Shown here: piece by piece, positions 22,553 to 35,236 of the stretch | How positions within the stretch are numbered: position 1 is the stretch's first letter | How the letters are laid out: every line of letters starts with the position of its first letter | DNA from: Schizochytrium sp. TIO01 | Lineage: Eukaryota; Protista; Bigyra: Labyrinthulomycetes | Length of the DNA: 64,000 bases | NCBI GenBank assembly: GCA_004764695.1 | Contig: SMSO01000031.1 | Span: forward strand, 1,154,436-1,218,435 | Direction of reading: 5' to 3' | The notes under the pieces: model-generated | What the model saw: only the letters and a program-made list of their open reading frames with translations | Told to the model about the DNA's origin: nothing | Databases searched by the model: none | Program-made: the position numbers and the translations under genes

Positions 22553-24284
22553 ATGCCCCGCGAAATCATCACGCTTCAGGTGGGCCAGTGCGGTAACCAG
22601 AGTAAGTTGGATTTTTCCCTTATGCAACTTTCAAAGCTGACATTCGGACGCAGAATGTAAACAAGATCTTATAATCTATTTGTGCAGAAAGCTGTTCCAT
22701 TTGTAGGGAGCTGTTAGCCACGGTCTTGAAATTATGTAGACTAACTTTACTTGTCGTTGTCTAAATTGGTTTGCTGAAAATACAGTTGCGAGTGAATTCT
22801 GGAAACAAATTACTGCTGAGCATGGCATTTCCCCTGATGGTGTCTTGCAGCCGTATGCTATGAACGGCACAGACCGGAAGGATGTCTTCTTTTACCAGGC
22901 TGATGACGACCACTATGTTCCTCGTAACTTGATGATGGATCTGGAGCCCCGTGTGGTTGCAGGTATCTTGAGCAGCAGGTAAGTAGCACATGGCGATTTC
23001 CAGGCTTTGAGTGCAAAGAAAACAATAATTAACTTGAACAACTTGGGCCTAACTTTAAAATTATGCAATTGAAACAGCTACCGCAACCTTTACAATCGTG
23101 AGAATTGCTTCATGGGTGGCGGTGAATCTGCTGGTGGCGGTGCCGGAAACAACTGGGCATCTGGTTTCGCTCAGGGTGAGCAACTTCACGAAGAGCTTAT
23201 GGATATGATTGATCGTGAGGCAGACAACAGTGAAAGTTTGGAGGGTTTTGTGCTGTGCCACTCCATTGCCGGTGGTACCGGTTCTGGCATGGGTTCCTAC
23301 CTTTTGGAGAGACTGAATGACCACTTTCCGAAAAAGCTTATCCAAACTTACTCTGTTTTCCCCAATCAGTCCCAGGAAGGGTCATCTGGTGTTGGTACCA
23401 GTGATGTTGTTGTTCAGCCATACAACTCTCTTCTATCTCTTAAGCGCTTGGCTCTTAACGCAGACTGCGTTGTTGTGCTTGATAACACCGCATTGAACCG
23501 AATTGCCACTGAGCGGCTCAATATCACGAACCCAAGCGTATCTCAGCTTAACTCTCTTGTCAGTACAGTCATGGCTGCTAGTACCACAACCTTGCGGTAC
23601 CCGGGTTACATGAACAATGATTTGATTGGTCTTGTAGCCTCTCTTATCCCGACTCCGCGCTGCCACTTCCTTATGTGCGGTTACACCCCACTCACCTTAC
23701 AGTCCCAAACCAGCTCGGTTCGGAAGACTTCTGTGCTTGATGTCATGCGCCGTCTTTTGCAGCCTAAGAATTCGATGGTTTCAACATCCACACGCCGCGG
23801 ATGCTATATTTCCATCCTTAATATTATTCAGGGTGAGATTGATGACCCAAGCCAGGTGCACAAATCGCTTCAACGTATCCGTGAGCGTAAACTTGTAAAC
23901 TTCATCCCATGGGGCCCAGCTTCGATCCAGGTTGCTCTCTCGCGTAAGTCACCTTACGTCGAATCCCAAAATAAGGTTTCTGGTATGATGTTGGCCAACC
24001 ATACTTGCATGAAAGAACTTTTTCGCCGCGCAATTCGCTCCTACGATCGCCTGCGTAAGCGCAATGCTTTCTTGGAGAACTACCGTCAACAACCCATGTT
24101 TTCTGACAGTCTCGAAGAGTTTGACAGCGCCCGTGAGATCGTTTCAAGCCTTGCTGAAGAGTACCACGCAAGTGAGTCCCCGGATTACGTAAACTGGGGT
24201 CAGGACCCAATTGCTCAAGCTCATGGCCTTTCTGGCCCGCAAGAAAACGAAACAACAAGTCCAGGACTGGTTGGCGCCCTTTAA
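22553..24284 (+). CDS. TUBG1: Gamma-tubulin; exons 22553-22601, 22786-22978, 23078-24284
   Basis: [66 protein letters not shown]. Two GTAAGT...CTAAC...CAG introns keep the frame. Confidence 0.97.
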
Positions 24285-24981
24285 GGAACAACACAAACGT
24301 GCAATTACATACCAGCCTAGTGTAGCTGCCAGGCCCCAGGAAGAGTTTGTGGGCAGCCGTGTGACCTGAAACCAGAAGTTTAGTCAATTGTGAAGTGCCT
24401 CAAGTCTGCCTGGTTGCTTCTATTCTAATATTCGGCTATTCTTTACGCTTGTGCGCTCCCCCATACCTTCAATTCATCGTGACATACATTATACTAATAC
24501 TTTCTCAAAAAATTAAGCCCCCGACTGGATTCTGTGTGGGCAACGACTTGTTTTCCAATTGTTGCGAACAAGGGAAAGTGGTCTGATCTTTCTATTAGCT
24601 GCTTTCGGGAGTTTTTCTGAGAGATCCTCCGCACTTTCTAAAAGTGGCAAGCGGAGATGTTGCCCTTGTTTTTCAGAGAAAAATAAAAATATAAAAAAAT
24701 CCCTTTGCTTTTGTACCTACATACTACTATTCCTCGCTTCACAATTGAGAAGACCCCCTTAACATGTTTGCACCGAACCATCTCGATCCTTTGCACGAGT
24801 GTAGAATCAACCGCAACCTAGTCGTAGTCACAGAGTGGGTATTGCCTGCGAGCTAAGAAAAGGCGCTGCAGACACCATAAAATATTTTCATAGCTACCAT
24901 GGTACGTCTTTGACGCATCAGCGAGAACGGTCCCCGGGTTTACCCTACAAGCGGTTATGGCTTGTTCGCTTTCAAAATATC

Positions 24982-26539
24982 TTAGTCGACCCACTTCACC
25001 TTGAGGTTTGCACGAAGCAAGTTTTCATCAGCAAAGGTCCTCTCCTTCTTATCTAGAAGCGACTTTGGTGGGAATCCTCCACTTATATCGAATGGCTGTG
25101 TACTTGTCTCGGGAACCAATGAGTGAACAAGGGAGAACAGCTGGGAGATTTTCTGACTAGTAAGGAAAGAGCGAACAATCATGCGACCATCAAACAGGCG
25201 AATCCGAACTTGGGTAACTCCACTCTGCGATTTGTCAGGTTCATCTTCGAGTGGTTCGTAAGCGATGGCCAATGCAGGCGGAGGAGTTGGCGTCGAAGGC
25301 ACTGCTGCAGGTTCAGGACGCGAAACAGCAGGGGAGAGCATGCTTTGCGAAGCCGGGGGAGTAGAAGATGAGCCCGGTGCAGGTGGAGGGGTGACACGAG
25401 CAGTTGGCTCCATCTGATGGGAGCTAAGAAAAGAATCTGCCTTCTCAATGAACATGAACTGCAGATCATTTGGGTCCTTTTCGGCAGCACGTGTGTGAAG
25501 CTTCAAGGTCGAAACAAGCTCGCCTGTGCGAGGATCAATAATACCAACATGAGGGAATGTCTCTGGTTTGTACAAACGGATGTAGTTCTGAGCAACTGAA
25601 TCGTTAAATTCTCGCTGGAAAAAGATGAAGGATTCACGAACTAAGCTCTTGATAACGTCAGCACGCCAAAGATCTCGGTTGAGAACATATGAGAAGAACT
25701 CTCCGTCCTTTTGGATGTTAACCAGGAGCCATTTCTTTTGGGAGTGTGCTGCTGTGCGCGCTGCTTCGAAGTCTCCAGGAAACATGAGCTCGCGTGGAGG
25801 TTCGAAAATGGTCTGCAAGTTAGCATTACGACTCGTGTTGTCCTCATTCTCGTAGTCCATGTAGTTGCTTTCGTCCTTATCATCATCATCAGCATCGCCG
25901 TACATATTACTCTGCTGAATGGGGCCGCGCGGCATTGACTGTACAGGCACAGATGTGTTTCCAAGTCCATCACGAGCCCGGGCTTCCATTTCGCGGGCCT
26001 CCTGTTCGAAGTTGCGGAACGCAACCTGGCCTGGCGTACCATATGTCAGATTTGGATCCATGCCGAACAGAAATCCTGGATTGTGACTCTGGTCGAACAA
26101 CCTTCCCGTGGTGCGAGCGATCGGAGCGCGAACATCATCCTCCGCGTCAGCTGGTGCGGAGGGGCCTTGTGCCTCCGCAATGGCCCTGGCTGTAAGTTCA
26201 TCCACACCTTGCGATTCCATAATGCTGCGAACTTGTGCCTCCATCATTTGCGGACCCCCCTGTGCCTGAGGAAGTTGAACTTTGCTGAGCGCCTGATACC
26301 GAGGATGTCGCTGCTGCCGACGATGATGACGAAGATGAGGTTGCAGCAACCGGAGATGTAGCCATGGCAGCGGATGCAGCCATAGCAGCATTGGTGCGTG
26401 AATTTCCACCATCGAAAAATAAGCTTACAGCCTCTTCGATTTGCCAACCGCTCGCCTCGAGGTATGAGGTTGCCACCAACTCATCCTCCATGCTAGTGGT
26501 TTCCTGAAAGCTCTTGATGAGTGCTGCATGGTTCGACAT
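24982..26539 (-). CDS. UBX-domain p97/Cdc48 cofactor, UBXN7/Ubx5-like (UBA-like + UAS + UBX); frameshift at 26255-26260
   Basis: The UBA-like segment ATSYLEASGWQIEEAVSLFF lies in one frame. DDVRAPIAR, the UAS segment KKWLLVNIQ...LNRDLW...IIDPRTGE and the UBX segment RIRLFDGR...GGFPPK lie in the other. Removing one base from the C6 run joins them. Confidence 0.9.
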
Positions 26540-27655
26540 CTTGAATTGGTCTCACCGATCTAGTGTGAATTTCGAGAACAGAACAGAAGGCAAATCGACA
26601 CACACACAGTTAGATGGTGCACAAGAAGGTTTCAACAAAGTGCGATCGCCCAAACGCGGAGATGTGCGAGCCGAGCAAAGTATTTCCCGCGTCGTTAGGA
26701 AGAAGAACGAGAAAGATCTTTCGCCTCTCCCCGATTAAGGCTGGAGAAAGCTTCGCAGACACGCGGACGTACACACTGAAGGAATAAGAATGGCCAAGCC
26801 GCCTTAGAATGTCTCTTTGAAGGACCTCGAGCGGCAGAACGGTGACGGGAGTCTTGGTTTGGCACCTGATCAGGTGTATCTGTTTGTATGTTGATGCTTC
26901 GCTTCATCATCACAGTCCCGGAATTCCGATCTGGCCCATTTTTTAAAAAGCCGGAATTCCGTGAATAAATAAAGCTATCCGTTACAAGTGCCGCAAAGGT
27001 TCTCTGGGTAATCTAAATCAACCTGGCTCACAAAAGCACGTGCCGCGGCATATAAGAGGAGACTCAATAAAATAATCCTGGCAATGGAGTTTCGTTAATT
27101 TCTCCAATTGGATCTCGATTGTCCTGCAGAATTGTAGCAGTTTTTAGTCTGCTCTAAACGTTTCTTTCGTGGATCAAATCATAGTAGCACATGCAAATAA
27201 TACTTGTAGTGTAGAAGACAGAGCTCTTTGCTATTGTAGACCAATTGCGTATTTTAAAGTTACACGATGCTTGAGGTTTTGCAAATACTTACAACTTATG
27301 TTAGGACATATGCTCACACGAAAGGATAAATCAAGTGGAAGGCAGAGGAATGCACACAAAGAAACGTGTTGATTGTATGATCTAGATTTGGGCCTGTTTA
27401 TTAGGTTTTATGTTATTCCCTTAGATTGCACAAGGGAAAAAACTCCGCGCCCTAAGTGTGGCCAGCTGCATATTTCGTTGCTTTCTTCTTAGTACACAAT
27501 AGGCAATAGGCTTAGTGTACATTTGCTACATTCCCAATCTGGTTGCAAAATATTAGAAAAGTAAACACCGAATTTTGGCACTTCACATGGTAACTTATGC
27601 TCATGCATGCTGACCGTGAAGGCAAAGCACCCTTGTGAATTGTGGTAGCGCAAAA

Positions 27656-28441
27656 ATGAAGCGCAAGCGTTCGATTGATGTAGAATACCGCAATAGGTTT
27701 GAGCAGCCTGAGGGCTACCCAGCTGCAAGCGCCTGGAAAGGGCGCGAGGAGTTAGCTCGATTCGATCCTGTCGTGATGGCAGAAAGCAGGACCATAGAGC
27801 TCATTAAAAAACGCGAAAAGATCTTAGCACGATGTAAGGAGTGTGGACCTCGGGATGAAGTTCGATTTAAATATGCCATGGCTTTGAGAAAAGCCTCAGA
27901 GGATGTTTTTGCTGCGATTAAGTTATGGCAACAAGTGCGCTTTGCTGGTGGCGACTTAGATTTTGCTTGGAACGGGTTTTCATCGTATGGTGCGAAAATC
28001 TACGATGATGCTCAGCAGCTTAGCAAAAATTGGTCGGTTTCAGAGTCTAATTTTATTTCTCGAGAGCAGCGCATGCGATTTATGGCCAAGATCGCCACAA
28101 GTTCTCTTGTAGCAGAACAGACTTCATCTTTACCAGGTAGTCGTTACGTATATGCAATGAAGAGGTCGAGGAGCCTACCTAGTTTGGCGGGGGCTTCAAC
28201 CCAGGGTAAGAATCAAGCTCAGAATGCCTCGGGGGCATCTTATGCAAATTTCATTCTCGCAGTTGGAAGGATTGAACTAGATCCCCCATCCCCATCAGAA
28301 CATTTTCAAGCCTCCTGGGCCGATGACAAGAGACAAGATCAAAAAAAGCTATTGACTAGTTCAAGCCTCTTCAAAAAGGTACCTCTGGAGGAGCTCGTTA
28401 GCGCCAGATCTATGTCTTTATACTCTTTAAATCATGCATGA
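27656..28441 (+). CDS. Hypothetical protein, 3' end uncertain
   Basis: About 260 open codons with helical, protein-like composition (ALRKASEDVFAAIKLWQQV...FAWNGFSSY). No family recognised with confidence. Confidence 0.55.
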   Translation: MKRKRSIDVEYRNRFEQPEGYPAASAWKGREELARFDPVVMAESRTIELIKKREKILARCKECGPRDEVRFKYAMALRKASEDVFAAIKLWQQVRFAGGDLDFAWNGFSSYGAKIYDDAQQLSKNWSVSESNFISREQRMRFMAKIATSSLVAEQTSSLPGSRYVYAMKRSRSLPSLAGASTQGKNQAQNASGASYANFILAVGRIELDPPSPSEHFQASWADDKRQDQKKLLTSSSLFKKVPLEELVSARSMSLYSLNHA

Positions 28442-28829
28442 CAAAGTTGTCGGAGAGTGGATGAAAAGAATCATTGCATGATAAATTCTGCAGCATGGAA
28501 GCGCTTGGGACGCGCACACAAATTATGCTTCACTTATTTAAAGATGGCCAGGAAAGCATTTCAAAAGTAAATACTGGTAAAAGTCATTCCACATCTCGTA
28601 GGAAAATGCCGTTGTTATACGCTTGCTCAAAGACGCAACGCACACTTGGGTTAATTTGTACTCGTCAAAGTGGTGCATTGTATACAGGGCGCTACTGTCA
28701 AACCTTAAACCTTGGAGCTTTGCAACCAAAAACATGTAGACTATACTTTAAAGAAATGTTTTTTTAAAATTATCAGAAGAGAGAGCTAAAGATACAGGAT
28801 TTTATGCACTAACAGTCAGCATTGAAGCC

Positions 28830-29516
28830 CTAGAAAGATGTAGTAGTGGTGGAGGGCTTGAGATTTTGAGTGCGTCCCCGAATAAGCTCTTCACTGTCTT
28901 CATCCCAACTGATGATGGCCTTAGCACTCTGAATCTCGAGATGGAAATCACCCTCAAAGTCACTCGCTGAGAAGCCAAGTGCGTCGATGATACGGTAGTC
29001 GAAGCTCCGCTGGTCTTGCTTCACCAGACCCCTGCCCATAAGCAAAAAGTTGTCGAAGGGGAGGATGGCATCAAACCACTCACCGTGCATGGCTGGATTC
29101 TCTTGCATAAGGAAGCCTTGGTAAAGGTCATCCGGAATGATGCTGTCTGGCTTCACATTGACGGTATATTTGCTCTTGTCGAGTTTGATGCGCAGGCACA
29201 GCGCATCAAAGTCTGTCACGTCTCGAACTGCGTCTGGCATGACCAGCTGGACAGCTGCAAAGCCACTCCGGGAGGTGCCCCTGGGCACGTACTGTGAAAC
29301 ACTGCCCTTGAAGATGGCTTTCCCGCCTTCTTCTTCCGAGCTCTCGAAGGTACACGTAGACTTGCCTCCCATAACCTCATCGCTCCACACCCGCCATTTG
29401 CCCTCGTCCACTTCAGCCCGATCCTCAGGCGCACGGAAATCGAAAAGCGTCATTTCCCGCACGCGATCCAATCCCAACGTGCGAGCAGCTCTCGCTCTCG
29501 ACCACGCAAGCTTCAT
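28830..29516 (-). CDS. NDUFAF1: Complex I intermediate-associated protein 30 (CIA30/NDUFAF1)
   Basis: LFDF, WRVWSDEVMGGKS, RSGFAAV, DDLYQ, LPFDNFLLMGRG, GDFHLEI; Arg-rich leader resembling a mitochondrial targeting peptide. Confidence 0.9.
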   Translation of the reverse strand: MKLAWSRARAARTLGLDRVREMTLFDFRAPEDRAEVDEGKWRVWSDEVMGGKSTCTFESSEEEGGKAIFKGSVSQYVPRGTSRSGFAAVQLVMPDAVRDVTDFDALCLRIKLDKSKYTVNVKPDSIIPDDLYQGFLMQENPAMHGEWFDAILPFDNFLLMGRGLVKQDQRSFDYRIIDALGFSASDFEGDFHLEIQSAKAIISWDEDSEELIRGRTQNLKPSTTTTSF

Positions 29517-30521
29517 TCTTGAAGCAATTCAATAGCACTGGCACAACCACGCACGTCTCTGTTGCTTGGTTTGCCTTGATACGCTCCAGGCGCTTTGGTT
29601 TGCTCTTAGTGTGCTGCTTATCTATTTTGCTTCTTATTTGCTTCTTATCTCTTCTTGGCCAATTCGTGGTTTTTCATGCTTTTCAGCTTTCCAATCACTT
29701 CTCGCTTCTTTGAGATTGCAGAACCGGAAATCAGCGCTTGGCCGATTCGAGGCACCGAAAATCGGAGGCTTAAATTGCAGACAAACGCAAGCCGTCTCCA
29801 GCTGGTGTTCCCAGCAGCATCTGGTCCTGGCACTCGAAAAGCCTCGTAGACTTTTGCCTGCAGGCCAACAAAAACTCATGGCAAACTAAAAGTTGGCAAA
29901 TTCAGGAATCGCAAATTCGCAAATTGGTTAAAAAACTCAAGCAACAGGCGGGGAATTGCCGTCGTGCTTTGGCAAATACTCCTACCCAGGCAAACCAGAG
30001 CAGACGTCAAAGCCCACCATGACGAGCTTAGCTCTGGCCCAGCCTCAGCTCTCCAGCTTTGCAAAGAGTCCCTCCTTTTTCGCAGCAGAGCTCGCAAAAG
30101 ACAATGGAGACAGCAATTCTATGGCACCCGCACACCTATGAGAGCGATCAGAACAAACCACGACGCACGGAGCTCAGGCAACGTGGCGATTCACGGTCTG
30201 CAGATCGTGTTGAAGAGCACGATAACCACGATAATGACATGGCGACGGTGGCGATGATGGACTCGAATGATACAGTCAGTACCTATTGGGCACCACGACG
30301 TGGTCCTATAAATCATATGGAGTGTTAAAGGGGCGCGTGCTTGGGCTCCTGAGCGACAGTTGTCGCCTCGAATCCATGCCGGTGCCACGACTCCAACGCC
30401 CAGAGTCTCTTCGACAGGAGAAGACACCGGGTACGACCTTCCTTGGCCGAAGGAGCTGCTCGAAATTGGCTTTGGATGCGAAGAGCTCGCAAACGGACTC
30501 TAAGTTGGCCAGGTTCTTTCC

Positions 30522-30600
30522 ATTCATTCATTCATTCATTCATTTATTCATTCATTTATTCATTCATTTATTCATTCATTCATTCATTTATTCATTCATC
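30522..30600. repeat. (TTCA/TTTA)n microsatellite
   Basis: Directly visible. Confidence 0.92.
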
Positions 30601-31819
30601 GTTTATCAATGACTGTTTGAGAAGAAAGAAAGTGCACTATATAACTAATATAAACTGTACTCATCGTCTGCAAAAACTGACTAGTGAAAAATGTTGAAAG
30701 CCAGGACCCGAAACACCAAATTTTTATGAGACAAACTAAGTTTGATTGAAAACAAAGCCAACCAACCGACAGCAAAGACAAAAGCTACCAAGGAAGCTTA
30801 TCAGGAGGTCATTCGGCCCAAACCTTGAGCAAGCTCTCGCCAGACGATTCTTGTTGGGGCTTCGAGGTCGCATCGCACCCCAATTGCCGATTTATGATAA
30901 TTAGTTATTTAAAGTTATTTATTTATTCAAAGTTTTTTAATTTCAAGTTATTTACTATTTTGCGTTATGAAAAAGTAAATGAAACCATAGGCCCTTACAA
31001 TACCAACACAAAAACAGCAGCGAAGAGACTACCTTTGATTCGCAGCAAACGAATAGAATTGAATGAGCGAATTGAGGCGTGGAGGAACCCGCTAGGTAGT
31101 ATTCCTTCTCCATCTTTCATGAAGAGACCATAAGCAAAACCATCTCGATAACCACCATCAGGTAAGGATGCTGATCTGAAATGCGTAGGTACCTGCATTC
31201 ACGTGTGCCTAATAAGAACAGAACAACTTCTTCCGCAAATCGTTCAAGTTTCGACAGTTTATCCTCAGGTACAGTAATAGGTATTTGTAGAACCTAGCAC
31301 AGCAGAGACTTGGATCATAGTGTTCATTTCATTTTCAACAGCCACAACTTAAGAAAGGTGCCGCATTTCCTCTCTCCATGGCCACAGCACAAATGCGCAG
31401 GTGATCAGGCGTCCACAGAGAAAGGCGAACTCAGGAAACTGAAACCCAATTGAAGCATCGGTAAACAGCACGAGAAGCGGAGCCATGACAGCCTCTTGAA
31501 GTTTCAAGTTTCAACAAACCTTGTTTGTTTACAGGAAAAGGAATTTGCCTCGCTAGGCGGCTAATAGTAAATAGTACTAGTGTTTCTTTTGTTAAAGTTA
31601 AAAAAATATATATATAATTCTAAATTTGTAGCTTTAAAAAAAGTATGGTTATTGAAATTATACGGATAAAGTGAATTTAAAAAATTGTTATTTTGTTTTG
31701 ATCATGATCATGATAAACAACTTCTAAAAAAGAAATGAATTGAAAAACAATCAAAGCGAGAAAGAAATCCCACGCGACGGCACTCTGAATAGACAATCCT
31801 TCAACCGCTGCGGCCCAGC

Positions 31820-34800
31820 ATGGCGGAGCCTTCCGGCGGCTCGAGCTCCTCGCCCCTGGCACCCCCAGCCTCCATGGCTGCTGCTGGCCCCTCCAGCTCC
31901 ACTCCGCAGGGCTCGTTCGTGCTCGAAGCGAACCCAATTAACAGTGGCAACAGCAACAGCAACAGCACTAACGCTAACTCCGCAAGCTCCGGCAACAGCA
32001 TAAGTAGTGGATCTAATTTGCACATGCACCATCATCATCATCACATGCACCACCATAATATTGCCCAAAGCGGCGTTTCTGCCCGTTCGCAGGGCAGAAG
32101 CATCCCAGTACGGGCTATTCACCATCTTCACAGCACCCTCGAAGACGATACTTCCTCCTCGCAAATCCACGCCTCGAATCCCAATTTTGCAGCTCCAAAT
32201 TCAACCCACAACTCCGCTCCAAATCTTGCTGGGAATTCCCCAAACCCCTCAGCAATATCACCGACACCAAGTTTTCAGTATTACACAAACTCCACATCAT
32301 CTTCATCGACGTCTGCACTGCAAAACTTCTCAGCTTCATCTCAGGCCGCTTCATCCTTGAACAATCCATCTTCCGGACACTTGCCTGGCTCCACAAGCAC
32401 AACAAATTTTGCCAACAACACAGGCAATGCCGGGGTTTCAGGCGCTACCATTGTCAGTTCGCCAGCGACGAATGTGAACAATACTGGGGTTCCAACGATG
32501 GCGTCGACGACAATGACACCGAATGCGGCGATGCTGCCGGTTCCGCCCTCAACTGCATCATTACCATTGTCGTCCTCATCTTCATCTTCGTTCTCTTCTG
32601 CCGCTGCCGCTGCTGCTGCTACTGCTGCTGCTGCCGCTGCTGCTGCAAATGTTTCAGGTGCTGGTCGTCGAAGCGGTAATCCTTCGCCCGTGGCAGGCCG
32701 CAAGTCACCCCGAGGATCGCCGCGAACGTCGCCGATGCCGCGAACCTCCCCAGCGCACGGGAGGTCTGCCTCTCCTCTGTACGTGAGCAGAACTTCGCCG
32801 AGGGCCTCGCCCGTGACTGCCACGGCTTGGAGTGGTCTGACTAGCTCCGGCGCTTCTCGCAATAAAAGCCCCCATCATCACGTCAGTGGAAATAGCAATG
32901 GCAGTGGAGGCAGTAGCAGCAACAACAGTAAGTCTGCGTTTAACAAGGTCAAACCTAAAAGAGGTCAGGCAATCACTCCGCAAGGCAACGCGGAACTGCA
33001 ACAAATCCTGCAATCTCCGGATTCCAGCGCCTTCTCGGTGCCACAGGCACGAACAATCTCGGCGTCAACGGGGACGCCGACCGCCTCGAGAAGGTCCTCA
33101 AGCAGGAGCCCTGTATTAGTCTCTGGCGCGGCTCGCTCGAGGCTCTCACCAAGTAACAAGGCTTTCGGCACGTCTGTTTCGGCCTCTGCAGCAGCTGCTA
33201 CTGCGACTTTGGCAAACTCTTCTTCTTCTTCTTCTTCTTCTTCTTCTTCTTCTTCTTCTTCTACAACACCGACACCAACTTCAATTTCAACCTCACAGGG
33301 CAAAATCTCTGCAAGAGCTCTGTCGCAGGCGCCCCCATCTCCTTCGGTTTTGAGCACGTCGAGCGTCGTCTCTGCAAAGCCGAGCTACCAGCGGCAGGAT
33401 CCCACAAGTCGAGACCTCGAGTTTCTTCTGCGAGGCCGTGACGGTGAAGGGCGTGCGGACGCAGCGCCAGTCGATGATCCCGGCTTCGGTAGCGACAATG
33501 AGCTTATGATGTATTCATCAACAAGCTTTGACGAGCACGGGCACAGACGAAGACCCTCGAGTTCTGGGTCGACAGAACCACCTGCAGTTTTTGCAACATA
33601 TCAAGATCAGATGGGAAGTCAACGTGGTATGCATACCTCGGGAAGACCTAAGTCGTGTACGGGGTCCTTTTCGCGTCGCATGGCGTCTCCAACTTTTGAG
33701 GCTGCAGACAGAGCGAGATTGCATCAACTGCAGCACGCAGACAGTATTAACAGCATCAACAGCGCAAATATCAATAACAACCAGGTGCAAGATTATTTTA
33801 CGCAACAGCCGCATGGTACCACTACAGCAGAAACAAAGTATGCTGAACTCTCATCTTCATCTTCATCATTGTCATCATCGGCGTCCATATCCTCTTCGAC
33901 AGCACCAAGCCCTGCAAACTTTGATCAACTACCTCTACCTATTCAGGGATCCCAACAAATTGCAACTCAAGGACAGGCACAACATCGCGGACGTGGTCAG
34001 CTCAGTATGCACCCGCGCATGCGCTCCAATTCGCTGGACTCACCGCTCCGTGCAAAAACTGGACGTGGGAAAATAAACGCAAGTCAGAGCCAAAATCAAA
34101 ACATGGGTTGGACAGCGAATGCCCAGCAGCAGCTGCAACAGGCATCAGCACGCCGCCAGCAAATCAAGCTCAATCAACAGCATGCGCTTCAAATGCAGCT
34201 GCTCGAACATCAGCATAATCATCAAATGCAGCAACGTCAGATTATGCAGCAAGAGTCAGGTGGTGGGGACCAAATGCTGATGGGTTCAGCAATACCCCCC
34301 ACCAGCACAGCTAATGAGTCCCTGCGGTCCGGGCCATTTGCTGACGTAGATGAACTTACACTGGAGGAGATTTTTGAGTACGAACGTCGTCTTCACTCTC
34401 GTAAAGCACAACTCCTTCGGGAACGCGTTTTTGCTTCCCAACCTCAGGGATCTACATCACAGCACGGATCTGATCTGGTTCATGTTGACCCAGGCATGTT
34501 GCAACGTACCCGGGAGTACGGAAGTATGTCCTCTCAAGAGTTTGAAGCCCTTATGGAAATGGATTACCTTGCGGATCAAGCTCTTGGAGGCCATCCATCT
34601 ACTCTCCATGCTCGTGATCGCTCCAATAGTGGAAATTGTATTCTTGACGACATTGATGACGCATATATTGCAGGCCCTATGGATTTCGACGATGGGGAGA
34701 TGTATGCTGACATCCCGGACGGAGCTCGTGCTCCTAATGTAAAGATGTTTCGTTCATGTGATCGGAACGCCTCTGGGTATATCTCACCAGGTTCAATGGG

Positions 34801-35236
34801 CTCCGCAACCACACCGGTATCGGTCGAACTCGAAGGAGATACAGTTGAAGAATTACGTAACAAGATTAGCGAGGGGTTTAGCAAGAATCTTAGTCGTTCT
34901 CCAGGCAACATTTCCTTTGTTAGCCGCTTAGCTGTCAAACTCGACTCCCGCCCTACTGTAGCAAGACTCAAATCACCTTCATCGAGTCAAGTGGAAGCTA
35001 TGCGTCACCCTATCGAGACCAACACATTGTCACCCGAGCGTTCTAAAATAATTGGCAGCCTTCGCAGTCCACGTTCTGCCTTCAGTCGTGCTCAGAAGAA
35101 CGAAGGCGTCATCGCGGGGTTTGGAAGTGTCTCATCTGTTTCCTCATCCTCTTCATCGAGGTTGTCTGCATCTCAGCCCCAACAGTCTGCTCAGCGTAAA
35201 GTTTTACGCACGCAGCGGAGCACAGGCGTACAATAA
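31820..35236 (+). CDS. Large low-complexity (Ser/Ala/Gln/His-rich) intrinsically disordered protein of unknown function
   Basis: 1138-codon ORF with poly-H, poly-A, poly-S and Q-rich tracts and many SP/RxxS motifs; no folded domain recognised. Confidence 0.78.
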   Translation: MAEPSGGSSSSPLAPPASMAAAGPSSSTPQGSFVLEANPINSGNSNSNSTNANSASSGNSISSGSNLHMHHHHHHMHHHNIAQSGVSARSQGRSIPVRAIHHLHSTLEDDTSSSQIHASNPNFAAPNSTHNSAPNLAGNSPNPSAISPTPSFQYYTNSTSSSSTSALQNFSASSQAASSLNNPSSGHLPGSTSTTNFANNTGNAGVSGATIVSSPATNVNNTGVPTMASTTMTPNAAMLPVPPSTASLPLSSSSSSSFSSAAAAAAATAAAAAAAANVSGAGRRSGNPSPVAGRKSPRGSPRTSPMPRTSPAHGRSASPLYVSRTSPRASPVTATAWSGLTSSGASRNKSPHHHVSGNSNGSGGSSSNNSKSAFNKVKPKRGQAITPQGNAELQQILQSPDSSAFSVPQARTISASTGTPTASRRSSSRSPVLVSGAARSRLSPSNKAFGTSVSASAAAATATLANSSSSSSSSSSSSSSSTTPTPTSISTSQGKISARALSQAPPSPSVLSTSSVVSAKPSYQRQDPTSRDLEFLLRGRDGEGRADAAPVDDPGFGSDNELMMYSSTSFDEHGHRRRPSSSGSTEPPAVFATYQDQMGSQRGMHTSGRPKSCTGSFSRRMASPTFEAADRARLHQLQHADSINSINSANINNNQVQDYFTQQPHGTTTAETKYAELSSSSSSLSSSASISSSTAPSPANFDQLPLPIQGSQQIATQGQAQHRGRGQLSMHPRMRSNSLDSPLRAKTGRGKINASQSQNQNMGWTANAQQQLQQASARRQQIKLNQQHALQMQLLEHQHNHQMQQRQIMQQESGGGDQMLMGSAIPPTSTANESLRSGPFADVDELTLEEIFEYERRLHSRKAQLLRERVFASQPQGSTSQHGSDLVHVDPGMLQRTREYGSMSSQEFEALMEMDYLADQALGGHPSTLHARDRSNSGNCILDDIDDAYIAGPMDFDDGEMYADIPDGARAPNVKMFRSCDRNASGYISPGSMGSATTPVSVELEGDTVEELRNKISEGFSKNLSRSPGNISFVSRLAVKLDSRPTVARLKSPSSSQVEAMRHPIETNTLSPERSKIIGSLRSPRSAFSRAQKNEGVIAGFGSVSSVSSSSSSRLSASQPQQSAQRKVLRTQRSTGVQ

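Noticed and set aside
29956-30328. Small gene divergent from NDUFAF1
   Set aside because: Short overlapping ORFs with no recognisable motif; cannot be supported.
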